A stretch of 64,000 nt of DNA from Acidimicrobiales bacterium (GCA_038203385.1 JBBREA010000001.1:25196-89195); one strand, 5' to 3'; positions 48,144 to 57,810 are shown, numbered from the stretch's first letter. The notes: generated from the letters alone by a model not told the origin. Program-made: numbers and translations.

Positions 48144-49994
48144 TCACGGCAGGAACCCCGATTCGCCGATCGACGCTGCCTCGATTGGCGACACGAGATG
48201 GCAGGAACAGACCCTCTGGGCGTCGATGCGCTGCAACGTAGGTTCATCGACAACGCAGCGATCGAAGGCCAACCAGCACCGCGTGTGGAAGCGGCACCCA
48301 CTCGGTGGTGCGGCGGGGTCCGGAAGATCCCCGACGAGGACGATCCTGCGCCCTGATCCTCGCTCCGCTGGTGAGGTGATCGGCACCGCCGACAGCAGCG
48401 CTCGCGTATACGGGTGCGCAGGGTCGGCGTAGACCGTGGCCGTGTCACCGACCTCGACGAACCGGCCGACGTACATCACGGCGACGCGGTCACAAATTCG
48501 GCGCACAACTGTCAAGTCGTGCGACACGAACACGTAGGCGAGGCCGAGGTCGCGCTGGAGCCGCTCGAGCAGCTCGAGGATCTGTGCCTGGATGGGGACG
48601 TCGAGCGAGGAAACCGGCTCGTCGAGGACGAGTACCTTCGGCTCCAGCGCCAGGGCACGGGCGATGCCCACCCGCTGCCGTTGGCCCCCGCTGAGCTGGT
48701 GCGGGTAGCGGCCGCTCAGATCAGGCTGGAGACCGACCATCTCGAACAGCTCACGCACTCGACCCCCGCCGCCTGCTCCATGACGGCCATGCGTCCGCAA
48801 CGGCTCGGCGACTATATCGCCGACCGAGCGTCGCGGGTTGAGCGCCGAGAACGAGTCCTGAAACACGATCCTGAGCCGCGCACGGACCTCGCGCAGATCC
48901 CGGCCGGCGAGGCCGGTGATGTCGCGCCCCTCGAATCGGATCGTGCCCGATGTCGGGTGTAGGAGCCGCACGATCGTACGAACCAAGGTCGACTTGCCGC
49001 AACCGGACTCGCCGACCACGCCCAGGCTCTCGCCAGGATGGAGATCGAAGCTGACCCCGTCGACCGCGTGGACGACGTCGCTGTGCCGACCGGAGCGACT
49101 TCGAAAGTGCGTGACGAGATCACGAACCTCGAGTACCGGCCCCGAATCAACTCGAGGCGCGGCCGGTCGCAGTCGCGAACGGCTCGGACCACGCGCGAGG
49201 AGGCCGGCTGTGTACGGCAGTCGTGGCGACGCGAATACGTGCCCGACTGTGCCTGACTCCACCGCTCGACCCTCGTGCAGCACCACGACGGTGTCGGCCA
49301 TCTCGGCGATCACGCCGAGGTCGTGCGTGATCAACACGATCGCCGTGCCGGTCTCGCGCTGCACGTCGCGCAACACGCCGAGCACTTGGGCCTGGACAGT
49401 GACGTCGAGCGCGGTCGTCGACTCGTCCGCGACGAGCAGCTTCGGTCCGTTGGCGATGGCCATCGCAATCATCGCTCTCTGGCGCATACCTCCCGACCAT
49501 TGATGCGGATGGTCACGCCAGCGACGCGCCGCGAACGGGACCCCCACCAGCTCCAAGAGCTCGATGGCGCGGATCCTTGCACCAGCGCGAGAGACGCCCG
49601 CATCGTGCAAGCGGATCGCCTCCGCGATCTGGTCGCCGACCCGGAACGAGGGATGCATCGAGGTCAGCGGGTCCTGGAAGACCATGCCGATGTCCTTCCC
49701 GCGCACGTTCCGCAGCTCCTTGGGGCGGAGTTGAAGCAGGTCGACCCCCTCGAGGCGGGCTGCGCCGCGCACCAGGCGCGCCGACGACGGCAGGAGTCCG
49801 AGAGCAGCGAGCATAGTGACGCTCTTGCCGGCTCCGGACTGCCCGACGACACCGAGCGTCTCCCCTTGCGCCACCTCGAAGTCGACACCGTCGACCACCC
49901 GCAACCGACCGGCCCTCGTCTCGAACTCGACGGTGAGATCGCTGACCTCGAGCACCGCGCGACGGCGGGCTTCTGGCACCGCAGTGGTTCTCAT
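48144..49994 (-). CDS. Nik/Dpp/Opp ABC transporter ATP-binding protein (fused double domain)
   Basis: GQSGAGKS, GESGCGKS, SGGQRQR, C-terminal CRFHTRC. Confidence 0.92.
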   Translation of the reverse strand: MRTTAVPEARRRAVLEVSDLTVEFETRAGRLRVVDGVDFEVAQGETLGVVGQSGAGKSVTMLAALGLLPSSARLVRGAARLEGVDLLQLRPKELRNVRGKDIGMVFQDPLTSMHPSFRVGDQIAEAIRLHDAGVSRAGARIRAIELLELVGVPFAARRWRDHPHQWSGGMRQRAMIAMAIANGPKLLVADESTTALDVTVQAQVLGVLRDVQRETGTAIVLITHDLGVIAEMADTVVVLHEGRAVESGTVGHVFASPRLPYTAGLLARGPSRSRLRPAAPRVDSGPVLEVRDLVTHFRSRSGRHSDVVHAVDGVSFDLHPGESLGVVGESGCGKSTLVRTIVRLLHPTSGTIRFEGRDITGLAGRDLREVRARLRIVFQDSFSALNPRRSVGDIVAEPLRTHGRHGAGGGGRVRELFEMVGLQPDLSGRYPHQLSGGQRQRVGIARALALEPKVLVLDEPVSSLDVPIQAQILELLERLQRDLGLAYVFVSHDLTVVRRICDRVAVMYVGRFVEVGDTATVYADPAHPYTRALLSAVPITSPAERGSGRRIVLVGDLPDPAAPPSGCRFHTRCWLAFDRCVVDEPTLQRIDAQRVCSCHLVSPIEAASIGESGFLP

Positions 49995-50851
49995 CGCCCA
50001 CCGCCGAGCGAGCCGGTCACGGCGTCGGCAAGCAGATTCAGACCGAGCACGGCGACGACGATCGCCAGACCGGGGAAGAAGGCCAGCCACCACGCGACCC
50101 TGATGAAGTCCTGGCCCTCACTCGCCAACGAGCCAAGGCTCACCACGTTGGGGTCCCCGAGGCCGAGAAAGCCGAGACTCGCCTCGATGAGCATGACCTG
50201 GGCGACGAGCAGCCCGACCACGACGACCGCCGACGGGACGACATTCGGCAACAGTTCGCGCAGGATGATCCGCAGCGGTGACGAGCCATCGGCCCGTGCC
50301 GCCTCGATGAACTCGCGCTCGCGAAGTGAGAGAGTCTCGGCCCGCACGACGCGAGCAAGGAGTGGCCACGACGACAATCCCAGCACCAAGACGAGTTGGC
50401 GGAGACCAGGTCCGAACATCGCAATCACCACGATCGCGAGGAAGAATCGCGGGAGCACCTGCACGAACTCCGTAGATCGCATCAGGACTTGGTCGAGCCA
50501 GCCTGCCCGGTAGCCGGCGGCCAGACCCACCGACATGCCGACGACGACGACGATCGCAGCGACTCCCCCTGCGACGAACAATGTCGTCCGCAACCCATGA
50601 AGGACACCGCTGAAGGCGTCCCGCCCCAATGCGTCGGTGCCCATCGGAAACGAGAGGGACGGCTTTGCGAGTGACGGACCGTCGACGGAGAACGGATCGT
50701 TCGGCGCCACCCACGGACCGATGATGCCGCCGACCACGACGACGAGCACGAGGAACGCTCCGATCGCCCCGGCCGGTCGAGCCAGTACAGCGGTCCACGA
50801 TTGGTGGTGCGCTGGTCGGCCGGTCAGCTCTGGAACCGGAACGTCAGCCAT
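49991..50851 (-). CDS. Nik/Dpp/Opp ABC permease (C type)
   Basis: GTDALGRD, EFIEAARADG. Confidence 0.92.
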   Translation of the reverse strand: MADVPVPELTGRPAHHQSWTAVLARPAGAIGAFLVLVVVVGGIIGPWVAPNDPFSVDGPSLAKPSLSFPMGTDALGRDAFSGVLHGLRTTLFVAGGVAAIVVVVGMSVGLAAGYRAGWLDQVLMRSTEFVQVLPRFFLAIVVIAMFGPGLRQLVLVLGLSSWPLLARVVRAETLSLREREFIEAARADGSSPLRIILRELLPNVVPSAVVVVGLLVAQVMLIEASLGFLGLGDPNVVSLGSLASEGQDFIRVAWWLAFFPGLAIVVAVLGLNLLADAVTGSLGGGR

Positions 50852-51809
50852 AACGAACCCGCGGATCGAGCCATCTGTAGGCGAGGTCGGTGAGGAGATT
50901 GGCCAGAACGACTGTCATGGCGATCACGAAGAACAACGCGAGCACGATCGGTGTGTCCCGCGCTTGAACGCTGCTGACCATGAGCCCACCGACGCCGGGC
51001 CAGGAGAACACCGCCTCGACGACGATCGTGCCCGCAACGAGTTGCCCGACTCGTCCACCGACCAACGTGACCACGGGCAGCATCGCCCTGCGGAGAGCGT
51101 GCTTGACCATCACTCGCACCTCCCCGGCACCCTTCGCGCGTGCAGTGCGCACGTGATCCCGACCGAGCTCGTCGAGCAACCCGGAGCGCGTGAGTCGAGC
51201 GACCGCTGCGATCTCCTGCGCCGCAAGCGCGATGACCGGGAGGACGAGATGGTGAGCGACGTCCGCGACATGAGTCAAGCCGGTGTAGTTCTCCCGGGCC
51301 GTCGTCATCCCCTGCACCGGAAACCAGCCCATTCGCAACGCGAACAGCAGCATCATCAACTGGCCGACGAGGAACACCGGCGTGGCATACAACCCGAGCG
51401 AGGTTGCACTGATCAGCGCATCTCTCGCGCCGTGGGGACGGGCAGCGGCGGCGATGCCGGCGGCAAGGCCGAGGAAGGTCGACAGCGCCAGGGCGGTCGC
51501 GGTGAGCAGGAGAGTGGCAGGAACGCGCTCGAACACGACATCGAGAGCGGGTCGCCCGCTGGTGTAGGAGGTGCCGAGATCCCCCCGGATGACATTTGCG
51601 ACGTACGTACCGAGCTGGACGACCAGAGGCTGATCGAGCCCGAACTTGTTCCGCACCCTCTCGTAGTAGGCCTCGTCCCCACCGTCGCCGGCAAGGGCGA
51701 GAACTGGGTCCCCTGGCGCAGCATGAATGAGCAGGAACCCGACGAGAAGGATCCCGGCACACGTCGGAAGGACCTGGAGGAGGCGCCACACGGCGTAGCG
51801 CGTCGTCAC
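50844..51809 (-). CDS. Nik/Dpp/Opp ABC permease (B type)
   Basis: PGDP, GLDQP, VRTARAKG, VEAVFSWPGVG. Confidence 0.92.
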   Translation of the reverse strand: MTTRYAVWRLLQVLPTCAGILLVGFLLIHAAPGDPVLALAGDGGDEAYYERVRNKFGLDQPLVVQLGTYVANVIRGDLGTSYTSGRPALDVVFERVPATLLLTATALALSTFLGLAAGIAAAARPHGARDALISATSLGLYATPVFLVGQLMMLLFALRMGWFPVQGMTTARENYTGLTHVADVAHHLVLPVIALAAQEIAAVARLTRSGLLDELGRDHVRTARAKGAGEVRVMVKHALRRAMLPVVTLVGGRVGQLVAGTIVVEAVFSWPGVGGLMVSSVQARDTPIVLALFFVIAMTVVLANLLTDLAYRWLDPRVRYG

Positions 51810-51822
51810 AGGGGACGACCGC

Positions 51823-53595
51823 TCAGCTGCAGGAGGCGGTCTCTGCGAAGTGGCCAGACGGCCCGAAACCCTCGCAGTCAGCGGTGAACAGCCGAGTCGA
51901 CTCGGTCTCGACGATCCAGAAGTAGGGAAGGTCGGCGACCACCTGCTCCTGGATCTGCCGATAGAGCTCAGTTCGCTGTTCGGCGTCGATCGTGGCCGCC
52001 GCCTCGGCGAAGAGTGCGTCGACCTCGTCGTTGCGGTACGCCGCGGCGTTGCTGAACGGAACGCTGCCGATGCGTGCCGAGTCGTACATCCGGCGAACAC
52101 CGATCTCGGGATCCTGCCCGTTGCAGTACGAAATGATGTTCGTGTCGAACGCCCGTTCTGTGAAAACCTTCTCGGCGAAGACGGGAGGCTCGAGCGGTGT
52201 CAGAGTGACCTCCATGCCGACCTCAGCGAGCTGAGCGCGGAACAGCTCGCCGTAAGCTGCGAACGTCGGGAAATGCACGAAGTCGAATGCGAGCGACGTG
52301 CCGTCCTCGAGTCCTTCGACCCCCTGGGAGATCCTCGTCCCATCGCCGTCGCTCACCCAGCCGGCATCCTCGAGCAGCGCTGCCGCAGCAGCACGGTCGA
52401 ACTGCGGGAGCTGTATGTCGTCGGCGTGGGCAAAACCAATCCCGCTGGCGATTGGCGCCGCTGCGACCCGCCCCTGGCCGAAGATCACCCGCTCGAGAAA
52501 CTGGTCTCGGTCGAGAGCGCTCGCAACCGCCTCACGTACCCGCTGGTCGGCGAAAATCGGGCGCTCGAGGTTGAAGCTGACCGTCATTATGCAGTTGGAA
52601 CCGCCGGGGTTGATCAGCGTCGGCAGCGTGTCGTAGGCATCGTCGTTACTGAGCCGTTCGAGATCCGGGCCTGGCACGTCGAACAACCAGTCGACCTCGC
52701 CGTTTTCGAGAGCTGCCACTCTGCTCGACGCGTCCTTGATGACCCGCAGGACCACTTCGTCGAGCAGCGGGAGTCCATCCTTGAAGTAGTTCGCATTTCG
52801 CTCCAAGCGGACCTCGGAATCCGGCGTGTACGAGACGAACTGGAACGGCCCGGTCCCGATCGGCGCGCTGTTCGCAGGGTTCTCCAGCGGATCGGATCCT
52901 TCGAAGATGTGCGCCGGGAGAATGGGCGCCTCCGTGACGTCGAGCTGTTGGAGCAGCGGCGCGTACGGCTGCTTGAAGCGGAACACGACCGTCCTGGCGT
53001 CGGCAGCTTCGATCGAGGTGATGTTGCTACCGACCGATGCAGCGGTGCGGGAGTGCAGCTTCGTCAGCACCTCGGTGAACGTGTACACCACGTCGGCCGA
53101 CGTGAACGGCTCGCCGTCGTGCCAGGTGACTCCCTCGCGCAGCGTGAACGTGTAGGTAGCGCCTTCGTCCCCGATCTCCCACGACTCTGCGAGCTCCGGC
53201 TGTGGCTCCCCGTTTGCATCGAGTTCGACGAGGCCGTTGAACATCAGCTCCGATGCCGTGTGCGTTCCGCCACTCGTGGTGATTGCTGGGTTGAGACCGC
53301 CCGGGTCGCTCGAGATCGCGGCGACAAGTGTGCCCCCTGGCTCGCGCACCGCTTCGGTCGTTGTCGGCGCATCAGTGGCGGCTGGCGCTTCGGATGTCGG
53401 CGGGGGGCCCGTAGTCGAGGGAGTGTCCGTCGTCGCCGGTGCATCGGTGACCGCAGTGACAGGCGCCGTCGTCGTCGTCGTGGCAACACTGGTCGATTGA
53501 ACCGCGTCGCCGGTTGAAGATTCATCACTACTGCACGACGCAGCGATGACGATACTGACGACAACGAGCAGGGAAAAACCTCTTCGCTTCGACAC
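51823..53595 (-). CDS. Nik/Dpp/Opp ABC substrate-binding lipoprotein (probable nickel/metallophore importer)
   Basis: Lipobox AASC, Thr/Pro-rich linker, family 5 motifs LREGVTWHDG and GTGPF. Nickel role inferred from context. Confidence 0.85.
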   Translation of the reverse strand: MSKRRGFSLLVVVSIVIAASCSSDESSTGDAVQSTSVATTTTTAPVTAVTDAPATTDTPSTTGPPPTSEAPAATDAPTTTEAVREPGGTLVAAISSDPGGLNPAITTSGGTHTASELMFNGLVELDANGEPQPELAESWEIGDEGATYTFTLREGVTWHDGEPFTSADVVYTFTEVLTKLHSRTAASVGSNITSIEAADARTVVFRFKQPYAPLLQQLDVTEAPILPAHIFEGSDPLENPANSAPIGTGPFQFVSYTPDSEVRLERNANYFKDGLPLLDEVVLRVIKDASSRVAALENGEVDWLFDVPGPDLERLSNDDAYDTLPTLINPGGSNCIMTVSFNLERPIFADQRVREAVASALDRDQFLERVIFGQGRVAAAPIASGIGFAHADDIQLPQFDRAAAAALLEDAGWVSDGDGTRISQGVEGLEDGTSLAFDFVHFPTFAAYGELFRAQLAEVGMEVTLTPLEPPVFAEKVFTERAFDTNIISYCNGQDPEIGVRRMYDSARIGSVPFSNAAAYRNDEVDALFAEAAATIDAEQRTELYRQIQEQVVADLPYFWIVETESTRLFTADCEGFGPSGHFAETASCS

Positions 53596-53754
53596 AACTC
53601 TCCTTAACGGCCTGGTTGGTCAGCGCAGATTAACGAACCGTTCGGCGACACGTAAGTGCGTGAAACACCTACCGGCCGCGCAGCGTGCTTTGAATTCGAT
53701 TCGATTCAACGCGCAGGGCATGCTGACAACGCGGCTGGGCCACGCCCCGTCCCG

Positions 53755-53931
53755 TTACGAGGTGGAGCGCACCTTGGTCAGCGCGTAGTCGACGAGCGTC
53801 TCGGTGAGCGCGACGCCATGCACCTTCTGCGCATGAGCGGCCACCTTGGCGAGCAGCTCTTCCTTGGTCTGTGCACTCGTCGCCGCTTTGCACGCCACCC
53901 CCACGTCGGCACAACGAAACTCGAGTGCCAT
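53755..53931 (-). CDS. DUF1059-like small metal-binding protein (58 aa, absent from ORF track)
   Basis: MALEFRCADVGVACKAATSAQTKEELLAKVAAHAQKVHGVALTETLVDYALTKVRSTS. ATG overlaps the upstream TGA. Confidence 0.8.
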   Translation of the reverse strand: MALEFRCADVGVACKAATSAQTKEELLAKVAAHAQKVHGVALTETLVDYALTKVRSTS

Positions 53932-54194
53932 CACGATGCCTTTGCAGCCGGGGTCGAGACGTCGGTGACGAGTTGCTCGAGGGCCCCAGCGACCGCTGTG
54001 AGGTTTGCGTTCACGTCGCTGAGGAGTTCATCGAGCGGTTCGGTTCGGTGAGCGATGGCGCGCACCCCGAAGGTCACCTTTCCGAGCGTGTCGACTGCGC
54101 GATGGAGGATCACCACGACCCAGATCAAATAGAACGCGAGGGCGGCGACCAGCAGACCGACGAGTATGAGGCTGACGATGGCTGCGATTGACAT
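53931..54194 (-). CDS. Short single-TM hydrogenase-associated protein
   Basis: TM plus LGKVTFGVRAI, paralog of 39376-39672. Confidence 0.78.
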   Translation of the reverse strand: MSIAAIVSLILVGLLVAALAFYLIWVVVILHRAVDTLGKVTFGVRAIAHRTEPLDELLSDVNANLTAVAGALEQLVTDVSTPAAKAS

Positions 54195-54203
54195 GTTCGC
54201 CAA

Positions 54204-54452
54204 CTACACCAAGGACCGGAGGGCGGTCACGTAGCGCACGGCATGACCGGTGATCGCACGTACTTCGTCCCTCGTTGTGACGAGCGCAGGAACCGGGTCG
54301 AGCGCCTTGGAGAGGAGGACCCCATGCTCGAGGATGTCGTCGGCATAGGCGTTGATCTCGCGCCCGGCGCGTATGACCCGATTGGCGAGAAAGATCACGA
54401 GCGGGACGACGACGAGCAGTGTCACCGCATTGAGAATCCACCAGAGCACCAT
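54204..54452 (-). CDS. Short single-TM hydrogenase-associated protein
   Basis: GGAGG RBS, TM WWILNAVTLLVVVPLVIFL and helical tail. Confidence 0.78.
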   Translation of the reverse strand: MVLWWILNAVTLLVVVPLVIFLANRVIRAGREINAYADDILEHGVLLSKALDPVPALVTTRDEVRAITGHAVRYVTALRSLV

Positions 54453-54641
54453 CGATTCCTCCTTCGATCTACATTCTGCACCTTCTCGCCCAGTTCCGAA
54501 AGTATCTGCTGAAGAAGTCGGCCAGCTACCGAAGCCAGTCCCAAAACTGTGAGTCGCCTACCGGAGCCACAGTGTCAACTATGAACCTGGACCGCACACG
54601 GCTGTCAAGTCCCGCTGTCAAGTCCCGGCCGGCATGGGCGA

Positions 54642-54774
54642 CCATGGGCACGCAATGGGCATCTCATGGGCACACACCACCGAAAACACTAGTCAGCGGC
54701 CCTTGGAGGGCCGCTGACCTGGTGTTTCTTGGAGCGGATGACGAGATTCGAACTCGCGACCCTCACCTTGGCAA
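54642..54774 (-). repeat. att-site copy: 45 bp of tRNA-Gly 3' half (54730-54774), hairpin and ATGGGCAY triple repeat
   Basis: Matches 55693-55737 and 28754-28886. Confidence 0.92.
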
Positions 54775-54956
54775 AGAAACAAGGTTGTGGCTCGAGGCCG
54801 CGGAATTGCGCAGCGCGCCGTTGGCGATGACGGGTCGGCTGGCATCCATGTCGGGGAGCGCGAAGACTGTCCGACCGAGTGATTCGCATTGGCGTGCTAC
54901 AAAACCAGCTTGGACCGCTACGGAATCCGGGGGTTGATGCAGCGATGGCTCCGGCG

Positions 54957-55418
54957 TCAGGAGTGGTCCATCGTTTGTCGATCGAACCATGCGTGCAGCG
55001 CGTCAACGAGTGTTTCGTCGCTGGCGTTGTAGACGAGTCGTGCTCCATCATCCAACTCGTTGTACTCGATCGAGATTTCGCGGTAGCCAGCACGCAGTTC
55101 CTCAAGGCCTGGCATGTCCATTCCGTGGATCTCGGCCGGGTCTGAGTAGTCGCCGCGTCGCAGCATCTCTGCTTCGTTGCGTAGGTGCTGTTGGATCAGC
55201 GCGACTTGGTCAACGTCGCCGGGATTGATGGCAATTACTGTTTGAGTGCCGCCAGTCGGTGCCTTCTCGAATGCGTGCGTCGTCTTGTCGAGATCGAACG
55301 GCATCACCTGAGCGGCCCGCTTGTCGACGAGTTGGGCACCACCCGATGCGTCAGTCCCTGCGCATGCCGAGACTGCTACCAGCGCCATCGCAACGAATCC
55401 GATCCGTAGGGCGCTCAC
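54957..55418 (-). CDS. His/Met-containing hypothetical lipoprotein
   Basis: Lipobox VSAC, VMPFDLDKTTH, DPAEIHGMDMPG, ALHAWFDRQ. Confidence 0.75.
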   Translation of the reverse strand: MSALRIGFVAMALVAVSACAGTDASGGAQLVDKRAAQVMPFDLDKTTHAFEKAPTGGTQTVIAINPGDVDQVALIQQHLRNEAEMLRRGDYSDPAEIHGMDMPGLEELRAGYREISIEYNELDDGARLVYNASDETLVDALHAWFDRQTMDHS

Positions 55419-55630
55419 GAAGGCATGCCCCGGGTCGCTGAACGTGCTGCGTCTGCGAGGCAACGGACCGATTCGATGACCACTGCGTGTCGATTGTCGG
55501 GAATGGACGCAAGCAGGTCGTCGAAGCGGCGCGCACGGGCGTGGGCCAGCCGGTCGGCGACATTGCGGCCGGCGTCGGTCAGCGAGACAAGAACGGCGCG
55601 GGCGTCGGCGGTATCGGGTGTGCGCGATGG
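55415..55630 (-). pseudogene. 5'-truncated MarR-family regulator
   Basis: RTPDTADARAVLVSLTDAGR C-terminal half. The N-terminal half is replaced by the att-flanking repeat. Confidence 0.7.
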
Positions 55631-55692
55631 TATACCGACAAGCCGAAAACGCAAGCCAGCGGCCCTTATAGGGCCGCTGACTTGGTGTTTCT

Positions 55693-55768
55693 TGGAGCGG
55701 ATGACGAGATTCGAACTCGCGACCCTCACCTTGGCAAGGTGATGCTCTACCAGCTGAGCCACATCCGC
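55693..55768 (-). tRNA. tRNA-Gly(GCC)
   Basis: Reverse complement GCGGATGTGGCTCAGCTGGTAGAGCATCACCTTGCCAAGGTGAGGGTCGCGAGTTCGAATCTCGTCATCCGCTCCA, 76 nt. Confidence 0.97.
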
Positions 55769-55825
55769 ATGGGCAACAAAGAGTAGCAACGAACTGTCCG
55801 AAACGGACAACGGGAGGCCTGGGTA

Positions 55826-56053
55826 CTAGGTGCGCTGATCGGGGGGGCGAAGGTCGACCCGCAGGGTGAGTACACCATCGTCGATTGTTGCGTGGGCATC
55901 GGCGATGATCGCAAAATCTTGGTAGTCCAACTTCGCCTGGGCGATGAACTGCTGCCGCTCGTCGCCTGCTACGGGCGGCAGAGGGCGCTGTTTCACAGCG
56001 GTGGCGCGGTTGCGAAATCGCTGGATCATCGCGTCAGTGTCGAGCGTTGCCAT
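55826..56053 (-). CDS. Small conserved hypothetical protein
   Basis: RFRNRATAVKQRPLPPVAG...LRVDLR. Confidence 0.7.
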   Translation of the reverse strand: MATLDTDAMIQRFRNRATAVKQRPLPPVAGDERQQFIAQAKLDYQDFAIIADAHATIDDGVLTLRVDLRPPDQRT

Positions 56054-56062
56054 GGGCTGATC

Positions 56063-56973
56063 TTACTCCCCCGACCGAATGGGATCATCGGACCCGTCAT
56101 CGCTGGCGGGTCGTTCTTCCGCTGTGGCAACGAGGTCGGCGAGGGTTGCGTCGGGATCAGCGCTTGGGCTGGCGTCGACGAATTCCAAGCGAGTAACGCC
56201 ATCACGCGGTGTGGACGACACGTCGTCTGAGAGCGAGGTGGCCGCGCCGGAGGCTCCGCTGTCGCCCGTGACGTCGGCATTCCCAGCACCTTCAGCCTCA
56301 TCGACACCGATCGTTGCATCATTGCGGAGGGATCGATCTCCATCGGCATCTGCATCAGCGGAGACTTCCGATTCCGCACCGCCGCCTGATCCGCTGTTGG
56401 CGTCCGCGGCCGCGTCGCCTTCGGTCGGAACGCCTGTCGCAACGGTGATGTCTTCGTCGTCGATCTCCTCCGCAGGAGCCAGGGGAAGGGCCGGAGCCGC
56501 ATGAGAATCATCACCGTCATCAGCAGGGTCGTTCAGATCCTCGAAACCCGGAGCAGTCGGACCTGCATCGTACGATTCGTCGATCGCTGGCGGCGCCGCA
56601 GCCGGTCTGAACGGGGCAGCGTCGGCCGGGCGCACTTCGTCCAGCCGACGTCGCTGCCAGACAGGGTCACCGCGCCGCCACGTGCGGTCTCCCATCACTT
56701 CGAGGGGGGCAAGCAACCCGCGGTCGGGCCGAGTGACTCGAAACACCCACATGGCGAGCATGGCGAGTCCGACGCCGACCACTGCGAGCAGCACCACGAT
56801 CGCCATGACGGTCCGGGTGTCATCCGAGCCCGTGGCAGTGACTGCGCCCACGGCAGAACCAACCAACACCAAGCGATGACGAACGACCGATCCAACCATG
56901 ACGGGCTCAGTCTGGCACGACGTCACCGACACCGTGCAGCCCGTTGCCGCTGCAGCCGCGACATCTTTCATCG
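56063..56973 (-). CDS. Hypothetical membrane protein with acidic low-complexity tail
   Basis: TM segment, LAPLEVMG...RRLDEVRP. Start uncertain. Confidence 0.55.
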
Positions 56974-56987
56974 TTGACCGGAGGCGC

Positions 56988-57776
56988 TCATAGCTGATGG
57001 TTCGGGCACCACACGGTGGCACGACCGCCCACCATCGAACGCTGCAGAACGCCTCGACAGCGCGGTTTCGGACACCGGCCCCCCACTGCTCGCAGCTGGG
57101 GATCGATCGTGCCTGTATGGCTGCCGCCGCGCTGCAACATCGCCGGCAGCTCGGACACCGTTGCTCTCCAAAGCCGACCGACCTCACGACGAGACACGAG
57201 CCCGCCGGGACGATGCGGGTCGAGAGCTGCGTGCCACAGAACTTCGTCGACGCAGAGGTTCCCGAAGCCTGCAATCACCGTTTGGTCCAACAGCACCGCT
57301 TTGAGGGCTCGCGCTCGGCCCTGTATGGCGATGCTGAGATCGTCCCGTGTGACACCGAGGACGTCGGGCCCGAGCCGCGAGCTGTCAGGCATCAGGGTGA
57401 ACTTGGCCCACCGGCGGGGATCGTTCACCCGCATCACCCCACCGTCGTCGAACTCGACGAGCAGACGATCCCAGGCCGGGTCGTCGCGATGTGAGCTGTA
57501 CTCCAGTCGTTCGATGGCAGACGCACCGTCGACGACCAGCCGACCCGTCATGCCGAAGTGCAACCCGAGGGCGAGCTCCTCGCGATTGGCACCGACGAGA
57601 TCCACGAGCACGAGTTTGCCGTGCCGCCAAACGTCGGTGATCGACGCGCCCGGCAACGACAATTCGAGTGCTCGAGCCTCGGGTTGGAGGTCATCGACCT
57701 GGGCCCGGTGGATCGTGCGACCAACGCACGTTGCAGCTGCTTGCCGGTAGATCTCGGCTTCCAGTCCTTCAGGCAT
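56988..57776 (-). CDS. Fpg/Nei-family DNA glycosylase
   Basis: MPEGLE N-terminus, HFGMTG, LLDQ..IAGFGN, C-terminal zinc finger. Confidence 0.92.
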   Translation of the reverse strand: MPEGLEAEIYRQAAATCVGRTIHRAQVDDLQPEARALELSLPGASITDVWRHGKLVLVDLVGANREELALGLHFGMTGRLVVDGASAIERLEYSSHRDDPAWDRLLVEFDDGGVMRVNDPRRWAKFTLMPDSSRLGPDVLGVTRDDLSIAIQGRARALKAVLLDQTVIAGFGNLCVDEVLWHAALDPHRPGGLVSRREVGRLWRATVSELPAMLQRGGSHTGTIDPQLRAVGGRCPKPRCRGVLQRSMVGGRATVWCPNHQL

Positions 57777-57810
57777 GCCGCACGCTTTCTACTGTTGGGC
57801 GGGCGAGAGA

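Larger units (their letters stand above)
28890..54729. mobile_element. tRNA-Gly-integrated genomic island carrying the [NiFe]-hydrogenase locus
   Basis: Bounded by direct repeats of the tRNA-Gly 3' end. No integrase recognisable inside. Confidence 0.85.

Noticed and set aside
32571-53517. Long antisense or alternate-frame ORFs (e.g. 32571-34178, 41673-43373, 51850-53517)
   Set aside because: Shadow ORFs of well-supported genes in high-GC DNA, with no motifs.
54601-54626. 13-bp tandem gctgtcaagtccc as an IS end
   Set aside because: No partner inverted repeat or transposase was found, so it cannot be assigned.
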